From Tubiluchus corallicola (taxonomy: Eukaryota > Animalia > Priapulida), in NCBI GenBank assembly GCA_030141605.1, contig JAQGDQ010000142.1, positions 124,001-188,000 of the forward strand: 64,000 bases of DNA. Direction: 5' to 3'. Positions 41,001 through 54,048 of the stretch are shown here, in pieces. The notes under the pieces were generated by a model. It saw only the letters and a list, made by a program, of their open reading frames with translations. It was not told where the DNA came from and did not search any database. Numbering within the stretch: the first letter of the stretch is position 1; every line of letters starts with the position of its first letter. Both the position numbers and the translations under genes were made by a program.

Positions 41001-43354
41001 ATCTGAAGATGGTCACTTTCTCAACAACCTAGCATTGAGCCTATGTAAATAGTTGGGATGGTTTGATTTAACACGAGGGAGCAAGACTTCAGAGAAAGGG
41101 GAGGAATGGTTGTACAGAGGCATTGTACACAGACCTCGGCAATGTGAAGTAAGACGTTTTTGACAGTGAGGAAGTCGTGGGGGAAATAGGGAATTGTGAG
41201 AAGCACCGCTAATATTGGAGCCCGATGGCTTCATATGAACCTGTATTATTATTAATTTTTGAATCCAAGCTCGGCTGAACGGGGAAAATGCGAAAAATTC
41301 GGGACAGAGCCTGGATTTAAATCAAGGAACTGTGGATTACAAAAAAGTGTTCATATAAATTAAATGAATAATGATATATATTTCCATGCCGTCTAAATTG
41401 TCCTTTCACAAAAGACCACTATGTACGTTAATTTCCAGTTAATTTGCTTGTCAGTGCAAATTAAGTCGAGCTTTAATAACTGGATATTTTATTTTTCTTT
41501 GTAAATCTAATTATTTAATTTTCCTAAGACGGCACAGATCTTTCAGGTAAACAGAAAAAATGAAAAAAACATTTTACAGTGTGCTTTACAAAGTTTACCG
41601 GTTGACAAGTAAATAAAGCAAGTTTTGTATGAAGTATTTGTGTCAAAATAAGTTTCTCTATTCACGTTTAATAATCTTTAATTGAAAGATTTATATTAAT
41701 GTTTACCCTACTTGCACGAAAAGATTAAAATTCTGAGTCAGCGTTGTATGTTATGTTCCGCGCACCTGTTGCTAGTTTTTCATAGAAACGTGCTAAAACG
41801 AACATGACGAAATGACACATTTTTCTGGGTACAGTTAGTATTGCAGCTCGGTCAGCAAATTTCGAAATTACAATAATATATGAACTTGCTCTATTTCTTT
41901 TCAATGAAGCATACACTATAATACGAATCTATAAGCAAAAATGAGAAAAGATGAGAAAATAATGGTTCTGAAAAGCACATTTTTGGGCGTGTACAGGATA
42001 GATTTGTTCTGTGTTCTCTTGTTACCTGAAATCATGAAATATCTGAATTGCATGAAGATCTCTGATATTACCTTAACAATTGGAGCTGCCAAAATGCAAC
42101 AGGTGTCAAGCCTAATTTCAAAAAGTGCCAAGATTTATGAGTCTTGCTTAAAGTTCAGGGCTTGCATCTTAGCCCTTATTTTCACATGAATACGCTCCCA
42201 ATTTTTACAGATTATTTTTTGAGGCCGGAATTATTATAATGTTGTAGAGGTGGCATAAACAAATAGTTGAACATTGTAATCTCCTATTTGCGTCTATGGA
42301 TCAGACTTCTGGGCGAAAAACTGACCCATATCTCTTGAGGTGTGTGAAGTGAAAGTTACTCCAAACTTCGTCATGCATTTGTGTTTAGAATAAGGATCAG
42401 TTTCAACTGAAGAGTGTAGAGTTTGCAGAAGAGTTGCATGATATTATATGTAGAACCTGAAGCAAATTAGAAGGTAAATTAGACTATAGCAATAATCGGT
42501 GTTTTGAAAGTTTGTACAACAAGCTTTGCTCCCTGATTGTATATGGAACTGTTTGTCTTGCAAGAAAAATGAGAAAAAGGACCCCTGTATGGATGACTGT
42601 TACAGTACTTGCTATCCTGTTTCGACACAAATTAGGATTGTATAGGATCTTGTCTTCACGTAATGTTCATACCTATGTAATGCAAAAGTGGAATTTAATG
42701 CTAATTTTTGAATATTAATGACTCGGGTGTGAATAGTCGTAAATCGTTTTTAATATTGAACATGATTTATGAATTTTCAACATCGGATCATCGATATTCA
42801 AAAATGATTTATTACTATTAAAAATAAGTAATAAATTCTAATTTGGCGTTCCATACATACCTTAATATTACTTATGAGATGTTTTTTACGTTTACGTTTT
42901 GCGAGTATAGTAACTGTATGATTTTAATCATTGCGTGCTACTGTTTTTGAAAATTAACAAAATGTACGGACTTTCTTAAAACCAATATTTCAATAAGCGA
43001 AATACGTACCTGGTAAGAAAATTATTTTTGCAGAAATTGTAGAAAATTTTTCAAGATAATTATGTAAGAACTCAAAAATTTGACTGACAACTAAAAAAAT
43101 TCTTTGCCACATGTGGCCACATGTCACTCTACAGAAATTCTCAGAACATTTAATTTTCACAGAATATTTTTGTAAAATTGTCAATATTTGAATCAATAAG
43201 GCAGTTTTAAGCTGTTTTGTGTACAGGTGTTATTTGCTTATGTTTGTTTATTTGCACCTTTCTCGCACAGTACTGCTTGACAATTTCGAGTTTAAGTAAT
43301 CATATTAATATGTAATGACGTTTTGCATTAATTATAAATTTCAGACTTTGTCGA

Positions 43355-43450
43355 CGTAAAATAGGAAAAAAAAACAGAATTTTTTAGCTATTGGATTGGA
43401 TTCGAACCCAGAACTCCAGCATTCCTGGTACCTGTGCTGTCCTTTGAACT
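43355..43450 (-). mobile_element. tRNA-related repeat fragment (second family)
   Basis: Perfect B-box GGTTCGAATCC on the minus strand. The flank aaaataggaaaa...aatttttagct resembles 33318-33375, 33673-33730 and 41281-41340. Confidence 0.5.
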
Positions 43451-45093
43451 GCAAGTTTTTGTCAAGAAATACATTATCTAAGATGCTGAGTTTTCAGTGT
43501 ATTTGTATCACACGTGGTTATGCTTAGCTTCAGTATTTTCCTGATGTTCAGGATTCCACATTTGGATTACATTATTCAGTTTTCCACAAAATTCAGTTTT
43601 CTATTTGGTGGGTTATTGAATGGTCACGATGTGCTCTGTGAAGTTAAGCGATATCTGGCTTGTCAGTAAATAAATTGGCGTTTTTGGACCAGAAAAAAAC
43701 ACCGAAACAGTTCAGGAAACAGTTTTTGGGTGGTTACACCTATCATAGCACTTTCGGCTTTTTGTGTCAAGGTAATGTATTTATCCTAGTAAGCTCCCTC
43801 TGCTGGTTCAGTGTCATCTCAGAAAATTATCGTTTAATCATAAACTACGCTTTTGGCGAGCTGAATAGCCAAGTAGTTATGGTGCGTGTTTAGCGACCGA
43901 AGGTATGGATGGTGTTTGCCAGGTTTCATCCAAAATGCCGGTTCTGGCTGTTTACTTTGTTGAATGAAGTTGTATTTACCTGTGAATATAACTAAGCGTC
44001 TACAACGCCTCTTGTGGTTCCCGTCTGAGGGTAATGTTTAGATGATGAGCCAGCTTCCTGTCTCGCTACAAGAATCAACGTTGAGTAGAACCTGCTATTG
44101 AATATTAGATTCTGATTTGTGGTGTGCCAAAGTGCATAAAAAGTTAGATTCCGGTCTCGTTACACCCGTTTACATTACATTGAGTACTTGAGCGCCTGAT
44201 CAAGCTGTATAAAAATAGGTACTTAACTGTCGCTGTGCACCCTATTACTTTTGGATTTGTTAAGTAGTACCGCAGATGTTAGCCTTGTCGATATACAATG
44301 TAATAATCCACTCTTGTTTTAAGTGCATTCCTACATGCACTTCAACTCTATCGTGCTTTCTTCCACTACGCATCATCTAGCGTGTGCAGTTCATGAAATA
44401 AATTGATATTTTTCATGCTTGATTACTTCGATTTACTTGTACATGTATAATGTACTGCATTACAGTACCAGCATGCACTCTTGTTTCGCTGTACCTGATC
44501 AGTAAAGCAGTGTTCACACCGTTCCACTGTTCGCATGTATATCAAGTCAATCATTGAGCCGTTTACGTAGTTCCTTTGTGCATAACTGTTAAACAACTGA
44601 GTTTATTAAATCTCGGTGTCGAATTATGGAAATAATTCGATTCGCAAATAATTATATTTGCGCCCGTTTTCCATAATGGAGCTGTGTTTAGCTGTGTTTG
44701 CACAAGGATGCACTGAGAAGATTTTCAGATTTCCCTAAAAAGAGAACTGGTATTTTTGGACAAACGTGTTTAAATAGTAGTAATCTATCAGTTTGCAGCT
44801 CTTTCGCTCTTGCTCTTCTGCTCCTAGGTTTTGGTACAGTGTAGTGTGTTGCACGTTGTGTGTGGGTTATTGCAGCCATCGTATACCGCTTATTGTGAAA
44901 AACATCATCGCTCGTTTTACGGCGGCTGATAAAACTGTAAGGAAATAACTTTTTGACGACCACAAACTTGGCAGTAATCGCGATTTAGCAGGTAAATGTA
45001 TGACAGTAATGGCATAGCTGCACACTTTACGTGACGTGTAAACGTGAGTAGTCTGCACGCAGATTCCAAGTAGACGGTTGAAATTGTGTAATA

Positions 45094-45180
45094 GTTGAGT
45101 AGTTTGTAGTATTCAACTGAGTGAAGATCATTGAGTAGTTTGCTGTATTCAAGTGAGTGTGGATCATTGAGTGTATTGAT
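45094..45180. repeat. 36-bp tandem repeat, ~2.3 copies
   Basis: ttgagtagtttg..gtattcaa.tgagtg..gatca twice, then a partial copy. Confidence 0.8.
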
Positions 45181-46653
45181 TTTTGAACATTTGAGTGCAT
45201 TTGTGAGTGATCTCACAGAATTGACGACAACATTAGTATATTTTTCGTTGTTGTTATGTTTTGTTGTTAGCTATTAAATAACCAGTGTTTGTCAGCGATC
45301 AGGAAAATCGAGTGTTTTGGAGCACCATAATGGTCAAATTTTGAACTAGTACTCAAGTTGAATTATTAGAGCTTTTCAAAAATGCTTATCAGTGATCATG
45401 CATCAGAATTTAGTTTTTTTAAGCGATTGAAAGAGTAAACTCAACGTTGATAACTTTAGTTTACTTGAAGGTATTCATTGCTTCTTGCGTGCACTATGTA
45501 TTGTTTTTAGTTTCAGTTCATACCCCAAATACTTTTACGTGAAAGTATGTATTACGAGACGAAAGGCTAAACAACGCATGGCTTTATATGAACAGGGTAA
45601 CAATTTTCTTTGAGCTTGCAGACTTTTATTTACCTTTTATTTTGTGACAGATGCAGCAACGATCTGTTTTTAAATTAGAACACATCTGACGAGTTTTTGC
45701 ACATTGTTTTTAATTGTTTTTTTTGTGTTATAAAGCAGTCTTTTTTGACGATTTTTTGACTATATCGGGGATTAAGAAGTCTGTTTTGTCTTGGACTTTC
45801 ACGCCTTTTATTTCAAGACGTGTTGCAAAAAAAGTATTTTTTTATGTTTTAGCTTTTCGTTCTACTTTTCCTATCTAATCTGGCTTTATATGAGTATCTA
45901 ACAGTGTAGTATGCAAAAGTTTCAGGAAATTATAACAGCTTCCTATATAACAAACAACTCGTGTGGCTCGAATAATGTCTGTTTGCACTGTGCTTATATC
46001 ATTAGGCTTATCATTATTATTGTTAATCACTTATGACCACCATTGTTGTCCAGTTATAATTATTATTGACCAAATATATCCGGGTTTGGTTTGCGTTTCC
46101 ACCAAGACTGAATAAGCACTTCTGCATCTATTTCACAACTTTTACCACTGTCTATTACCAATCGTGATGAGAACAATTAATAGCGCCTTAACCTTTTCAT
46201 GAACAACCTTGCTTCTTTTTGGCATAATAATCGTACACGTGACGTTGATTCAACACATCACAGTCTTGTGTGCTTTCCCGCGCTAAGCTAGAAAGGCTGT
46301 TGCTAATATTCCGAATTTGAATGCAGTGTTGAACATCGGTTTCTGTTCCTGGATCTTTTTGTTTTCCTTCAAAACTTGTGCAAGGAAATTTGTTTTGTTT
46401 AGCCGGCCATTGTTGGCAATTGTTGGTACAATTGTACACGCCGCTGAGTAAAAGTCGTTTTCAAGAAAGTGTAACGTATTACTGATCTGAACGTGCCTTA
46501 TAGGACCTTATTATGCATACAACATTACCACAAATTATCCATTTGTCTTTTAAAGGTAAAGTAATAGGTAAGGTTGAGTTACATTTTATCACAGGTGTAT
46601 AAGAGGGATGGTAAAAAGTGAGCGGTCACGGCATGTGATAAAACAAACTGAGT

Positions 46654-46716
46654 AGTCACGGTGTGTGCTTTGCGATCAAAGTTAAGCGAACCCGATCAGT
46701 GAGTGGATCGGTGATT
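46654..46716 (+). mobile_element. 5S rRNA-related SINE fragment (related piece at 43621-43670)
   Basis: cgatcaaagttaagcg...cccgatcagtgagtggatcggtga resembles the 5S internal control region (GAAGCTAAGC...GGTTAGTACTTGGATGGGAGAC). Short and degenerate. Confidence 0.35.
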
Positions 46717-47579
46717 GCAATATGCTATATTTGTTCTTAGCAGTTTCGTTTAGCTAGCCGATTTTGACCGTTTACCTCACTGAGGCAGGATATGCTCGCA
46801 TTCTGACGTGGTCAGTGTTTTATGTTACGAGATTATGATCTAGATTCCAGTCTTGCCACAGCTATTGACATTGTGTAACCCTGCCATTGAGTGCTAGAGC
46901 GAGACTTGCAATGTTTTGAATAGTTGAAAAAGGCTATAATGCGGGCCAGTATGATAATAATTATTTTCATTATAATGTGTCTTATTGTCTCAGTATTTTT
47001 AACTTTCTCGGTATCAGCTTTTTAACTTTTATTGGTTATCCTGTATATATTGTGAGCTTTAATAGCCAAAACTTTTATCAGGATGAACTGGTATCAGGGC
47101 TGAATCTACTTGCGTGACTTATTACTATAGTCATAATCCCAGGAGCAGACTCCGCGGTATGTCTTCGTGTGTGGTTTGGTTGATTGACGTCAGATTTAAT
47201 TTATGTGACTCGTGAAAATTCAATAGTCGATATATTTTGTGAAAATGAAGTACAATGCTACTGTGCTGCTGGATTTCTTTCTACAATCCTTCTTTGTCTG
47301 CATTTGAGGATATTATAAGTTAAGGTGTTTGAAGGTTGTGCGCCAAATATTTTACCACATTTGAAGGTGCAGCCTGAAAATTATATCGAGTTCGCAAGTT
47401 AGGCTAGATTTTCAAATGTTCTTTTATTTCTGTTTGGAAGCTTTGTTTTAAAGAATTGGCTCATGCAAATTCCATTTTCGAAGAAATTACGAATAGTCTT
47501 TTTTTATGAAATTAGCAAACAACTTTTTTTGGAATTAAGCAGCGCAGACCTGACGTCCTTCCCGCATTGTGTGTTTCCT

Positions 47580-47685
47580 TATGTCATATCATATCATATC
47601 GTAACATATCATGTCATGTCATGTCATGTCATGTCATGTCGCATCACGTCTTGTATCGCGTCGTATCGTATCACTTCATATCATT
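47580..47685. repeat. (ATGTC/ATATC)n pentanucleotide microsatellite
   Basis: Seen directly. Confidence 0.85.
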
Positions 47686-50600
47686 CTACATTATTTCTAA
47701 ATCACGTCAAAGGCCGTGTAAAGTATAGCTAATCATCGCACCAGGAACCGTTTATTTTGCGGGTTTATTTTTAGAACAAGCTCAGCTCACGAGTGGAAAA
47801 TTAGCCAAACGTAAAAGCGGTAAAACACAGAAAAACGCAATTTTACATATAAAACGCGTGTAAAGCAGTTTCATTTTAATAGAAGTTAGCGACATTATAT
47901 TTACTTAGTTACATTGTGTATCGATAAGCTAAGGAATGTTTACAGTTGAACTCACAGTGTAAATGTTAGTGTTTATTTTTATGATTCAGTGCAAACATAT
48001 CTAGATAAATCATATACAAGTAAACTATACATATGAAAGAGTAAGACCGCAGTGCTCTTGTGCGAATATGACGCATCTTATTGGTGTGGCCCTCGCCAGA
48101 GACGGATAAAGTGCTATATAAATCACGATTATAAATCAGCGGATTATTATTTTAGTGAAAAGGTGAAAACAAACGTTCAAACACGTCGTAATGTATAGAT
48201 ATGCAAGTTGTTTTTCTGCGTAGTTATTAGTCGTGAATCAGGAGGTTCAATTTTTTAGAGACACTTCATTGGATTTGACTTGTAAAAATAAAAACAAAAG
48301 CGCCTAAGCGAAGCAGGTATGTTTCGTTTAATGTTTTGTTTCAAAGGCGATTTTTGCGACAAGCCATTGCAATAATATGTCTAACGTTTATCCTCCATTT
48401 TTCCCTGTTGCATATTAATTTTATATTAATTAAACTTGACAGCCAAGTTTCCATCTTTAGCAAGAAGTCGTTAGATGAAGAAGTCAAATTATAGTCAGTT
48501 GTCTCTAAGCGACCAGTCACCTTCTCATGCAATTATTTTTGAAAATATATAATTATAGTTGGGTTGCAGAATTTTTACCAATATCAGATTACTTTATGAT
48601 TGTTATCTCAGTTGTGTTTGCTACTACTGTAAAAATTAATTGCATATTGATAGACTACATAGCCATTTTTTCTGGTGCTTAAAGTATTTCTGTGATTTAC
48701 ATACTACATTTTCCACCTTGACCTTACTTCTTTACAACCATCTGTTTGAATAAAAACAGCCTGAAGCTGGCGGCTTTTTCAAATCTGAAACACAGACCTC
48801 AGCATCACTTTATTATCCTCGTTCTATTACTGTTCTCACAGACTTCAGTATTAAGCTATAGACTTCAGTGTTAATCCACGATCTGAAATTCTAAATCATT
48901 AGTTGTGTCACATAACAAAAGTTTGATTGAAATAACACGACCCCAAGAACAAGTGTAGATTATCTCTGGGTTTTGGAAATTGTCACACGCTTTTGCTCTT
49001 GAGAGTTTTGCCAAGGCTAGGCCTAAATGTTGTTGTAGGTTCTCAGCACTTAAGATGTAGGCTATAATTATGCACTAAAAGCTAAAATCTTTGTTTTGCA
49101 AAGCACTTGTGGTCTAGTGTTTTGATTTAGTCTTTAGGCCACATTTATTGCCAGGAGGTTTTCAAGGTCGTGTGCGGAGATATTTATGATCTTTGACTGA
49201 ACGAGCGAATAAGGCAACGAGTGAACAAGTGCACCCATGAGCAGACAAATACGAAGATAAACGAACGAGTGATAAATGTACAAATGGACTGATGGACAAA
49301 CGAATAAATAAATAAATGAGCGGTAAAATAAGCAAAGAAGACTAAAGACAAAATAACGAACGAACAGGCGAACGGAGACCCGGAGAATGCACGATAAGAT
49401 AACTTATGAGCAATTTTACTTTGAAGGTTACTAGAAGGGTATAATACGTGCATTGTGTAACAACTACCTGTTTACAATTAAGCAGTTGAATTTTATTTAT
49501 GTGCAATCAGAAAAAATCGCGGAAATTATAAACATTAGCTGTCCTCTGACACATATAACATGTGAGTTCATAAATTATTTTAATAAATATATATTTTCAT
49601 TATATTCCGTACGGACAACTAGAACTACCATGCAATTATAAGGTAGCATTACCATAGTATCACCGATTGGCTGTAAAATATGCTGTAAATCTGTATTTGC
49701 AACTAAAACGAGCATTAGAACATGTACTTATGTGTAGGTAGAACCTATAGCTGCATACAGAGTAAAAAGGGTCAGCATCGTATTTAATAGGCTAATTGAA
49801 AACCTGATAAGATATACGATAGGGTTATGTCCACACGCTCTTGATGACGGCATTTGCTTTGCTTGTCATTTTTATTACAAATGTGGATCAATCTGTTTCT
49901 GAAGAAATTATTTCTAGGGTCTTGCTTAACTGTCTGGTGATTAGATATAAGTGAAACATAAACGGAAACCGTCTATTAAAAGTGCAAATGTTATCCATTT
50001 ATCAAATAAAACATGAGTATATTTCAGGTTAAACCATTTATATCTGTCATTCAGGTAACAATGCAGAATGTGTGCTGAATGACAGGTAAAATGTTTGATA
50101 TAATGCTTTTATTATATTTCAATGAAACATCCATACATATTTCTATTGTTTTCGTTTAATTGCTTCGTTTGTATAATTTATATTGAAGGCGATTGCAACG
50201 ATAACGCAGGACAAACCCCATTGATTACATATACCAATATTTATTGAAAAGTTTTGCCAAGCGGCTAGTGTGGATTACCCCCTTTATTTGTCTTATTTTG
50301 ATTATTTCTACTTTTTCGATTACAACAAGGTTTTCAAATACTTGTGCAGTAGGTGCAGTTGTATCAAAATTACTGACAAATTAGTTTTGTTGTTTGGTTG
50401 CTTATGGTCCTGTGGATAAAGCTTCAATAAAAACGCCTATAATTAGTATTTCTAGATTTAGATTTTATTATTTCATTTAAGCCTCACCTCATCTACCGTA
50501 CAAATAAAAGCATTATTAATTAGATACTAATTAATAATATCATTTTGAGCTCACGGTGTATGTATGCCGAACAGTTTTTTACAATGTGGTGACCGATTTA

Positions 50601-51192
50601 GTGGTTGGTATGATCGTCTTTTAATCACTCATCTACCTTAGGTTTGACTTCACGGTTATCAGAAATAAAAATAGAAAACATGCGCACATCTACGTTTATT
50701 TTTATAGTCATTTGTGCCTTTGCTTTGCCCGAACGAGCTGAATGTTTTTACTGTTGTAGGCAGAAACCAGAACCTAGTTGTTGTATTTCTTATGGCTTTT
50801 TTCGTTGTTCTTAATGCTCTTGTTTTGTCCTTGTCACTGTTTTATTGGTTTTCAACAGTCGCTTCTAACAATTTCACTTCAGTCTCTGTTTGTAATTTTA
50901 TATTTTGTAAACCTATAATGCTGTGCTATCAAATCCGAACAGATGTTAGATGGGAACGTAGATCAAAATATTTGAAATTGAGAACAAGCTGCTTCTGTAT
51001 CAGACCTTTTATACAGTACTTAGGCCTATATTCGCAAAAATTACTTGAAATTGTTAGGGGTAATTACAGAAAAATTACACTGACTTATTATCTTCGTTCA
51101 ACTCATAATTTTGTTTTGCTGTAGTTATAAATTTATTGCTTTTGAAATTCTTTTACCAAAGTGTGCCAAGTTATATGTTTTTATTGTTCTAG

Positions 51193-51271
51193 TGCCTCAG
51201 ATGTACAGCACCACAGGGCAACAAAGCTCAAAAGAAGAAAGGCAACAAGGCGACGAGGTTCAGGGCCACTA
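51193..51271 (+). CDS. PLEKHG5: Coding exon, basic stretch (ASDVQHHRATKLKRRKATRRRGSGPL), phase 2 to 0
   Basis: Acceptor ttattgttctag, donor CTA|gtaagt, 79 nt; phases fit both neighbours. The basic run resembles PLEKHG5 LKLSKKKARRRH. Not in the ORF track. Confidence 0.85.
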
Positions 51272-52813
51272 GTAAGTTATCTTAAGAACTATTTGCATGC
51301 TCAATTGCAAGTAAAATAATGGTTTAGTTTTGCAAATACTTTAGTGCTTGAAGGAAGTTTTAGTATAAGGTCTTCCACACTTCTGTGAAGCTCAAACAAA
51401 GTTTTTGTTATAGGCTTGACTCAGTGACTCTTCAGAACTTGTTGTAACATTGACAATTTTTTTAAGCCAGCAGAATTTCATAAGTAATACTCACCTTTGC
51501 TGTAAAATTTTTTTCTCAGATAGCAGTTATCCAGTATAATAAATTTCAGCAAAAAAAAAACTGAAAAACTTTTTTGTTGTGAGATTTTGATGACGCCTTC
51601 AGTACATTTTGTCATTTTGTCCTAAAATAATATCAATATAGAAGTATTTTAATAATTTAAAAATCTTTATTAAAAAAAGTGAGAAGATTTACAACATATG
51701 TTTTCATATAAAGATTTTACTTTTTGTAAATTAAAAGAGCTAGATTTGTTTTGTTGCAACCCAATGCTTGCAGAGTAAATCTGATTGTACGGTGTTACAG
51801 TAGTGCTTTGAAGACTTCACTGCTTAGTGGAAATATGCAACAATAGATGATACTACTCAAAATAAGGCACAAAATGTTTTTGTTGCTTTTTGAGCCTTTT
51901 GAAACAAATTTCCACCCATAAGATTCTGATAACCTATTATAGTAGTTAACTTATTTGAAGTGCACATTCTTATGGTGTCCTCGTTTTTGTTAATTTCAAC
52001 ATTTTAGTTCATATTCAAGGCAAAAATCCCGCATGTTTATTGTTTGCTATTACCACAGCTAACAATGTTGTTATTGTTCTTAATGATGGCAACCTCGTCC
52101 TGAACTCTAATGTCAACAAGGAAATGATTAAATTACAGAAAAAGGCATTTATAAAGAAAATATCAACGTCTTTTTTCTATCTTTGTTTGTTAAACCATTA
52201 AGTGTTTGTGTGTCATTTTACTCTACATATGTACACTCTTTTCAATCAATGGTTTTTCTTATGCAAGAGGTTGTACTACTTGATCAATTATTGATCTTTA
52301 GAAAATCGAGGAATGAAACGAAACTAATAAAGCCGTGGAAAGAAATTAAACGCATTTTAGTTGTATACAATTACAGTATTTTTATACGATGCAAAGCATG
52401 ATAAGACCTGATGTTTGAGTAAAATTGAAGTAAACTGGGAAATGGCAAAATCTCATGAAATCAGCCTTCCTATAACATTTACATTATAGTGGTTGAGCAT
52501 TTAAAGGGAAGTTCTGCTAGAAAAGGAGTGTTAAAAAATAAAAAATATTTTTGTTATTTGAAACATTGTGTAATTCTTAATCAAAACAATACAGACTCGT
52601 TAATGTCTGTAAATATAAACTGTAACATAGTTTACAGCTTTCTTGAGACGTTTTTGCCATTACGGAAAATGTTTCTGAAAATTCTTTTTAGGTCTCTATA
52701 GGAATTTTAGATTTTTAGACTTTCAACCGTGTTACGCTGGAATAAATAAATTTGATGATTTATATGTAATCAACAATTAACCTAACGACTAATTAATGAA
52801 AAGAGGAATGCGC

Positions 52814-53076
52814 TGAAAAATTGTGAGCCGACAATAACTCAAACAATATCAGCCCAGCTAGCGCCTTAATTCCACATTCAGTTAACTGGCACTTTGCTAA
52901 TTTTTGATTTTATAGTATTATGCATCTATTAATATATATATATATATATATTAGTATAGTAATATATGTAATAGTAATATATAATGATATATATATTATC
53001 AAAAATTAGCAAAGCGCCAGTTAACTGAAGGTGGAATTAAGGCGCTAGCTGGGCTGATACGGCTCACAATTTTTCA
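52814..53076. repeat. Inverted repeat, ~80-bp arms around a (TA)-rich centre, followed by (TA)n
   Basis: 52814-52908 matches the reverse complement of 52998-53076 with 2 mismatches and one 16-nt indel (acaataactcaaacaa). Confidence 0.93.
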
Positions 53077-53763
53077 TGCATATATATATATATATATATA
53101 TATATGTATACATATATAATATATTAATATATTATATATCTATTAATTCTGGTTTATCAGAGTTCAATACATAAAAAATTGACATTTGTCATATGTAGTT
53201 TCTCCCTGCTGCAGATTTTATTTTATATAGAGCAGAAGGTTTTTGGATTTCATCATTTTGTAAATTAACTGCCAGTAACAACCTTGTTTTGCATGCATGC
53301 CGGTAAATCTTATCCAAAGCCTGAAAGATTGGGAAAACTTCTACATGAAATAACACCCTCCTTTGGACTTTGAAGCAAAGTCTGTTTCACTGAACAAGAC
53401 AATCCAAGTTACTTAGAAATATTTGCATCATTGTTATAATCCCAAGAAACAGTAGAGCTCTAGATAATTTCTGTGGTAGCTCTATGGTACTTGCTACACT
53501 CAGGCAACAAAATAACACATTTCCAGAAACAACATTAGTCTTATCAAGCAAAATGTATGTTCCTTGTCTCAGTGGCTTTATACGTAATGCTGTAACTAAC
53601 TGAGAATAGTATTTTTCATTCAAAAATACACTGTTAGCATGAAAAAATGTTGTCACATTCAAAAACTTGCTATCTTTATCTATAGTTAGTATTTTATTAA
53701 GCAAGTTTAACAACTTTAAGGCTTTGTGGCTTGTCCAAAAATCAATGCTTATTCTATTTTTAG

Positions 53764-54048
53764 GAGAGTGTACCACACGAAAGAAGTAAAAGTCTGCCAC
53801 AAGGTCTTCTACAAGTCTCTGAATTTATCCAGCGTCATCCAGAACTTGACAGTCATTCAAGCAGCCGTAGTAATGAACCTGATGCAGATGATAAAAAGAA
53901 GAGGAGCCGATCTCCGTCATCTCCGATTTCTCCCCTGCTCTTGCGGAAGCAGGAGTTTAGCGGACGCAAGTTCTCCGAGCCATTGTTCTCAATAGCACAG
54001 TTGCAGAGAAAAGGTTCAGATCCAAGTAGTCCAACGAGAAGAAATAGG
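53764..54048 (+). CDS. PLEKHG5: Coding exon, 95 aa Ser/Arg/Pro-rich (ESVPHERSKSLPQ...RKGSDPSSPTRRNR), phase 0 to 0
   Basis: Acceptor attctatttttag, 285 nt open in the frame set by the previous exon, donor AGG|gtgggt, elevated GC. The ORF track shows a different frame here. Confidence 0.82.

Noticed and set aside
41540-43200. Long AT-rich stretch resembling a decayed DNA transposon
   Set aside because: I could not define TIRs, a TSD or transposase similarity by eye.
53726-53995. 89-aa + strand ORF in the track
   Set aside because: Wrong frame. The frame fixed by the flanking exons (ESVPHERSKSLP...) is the coding one.
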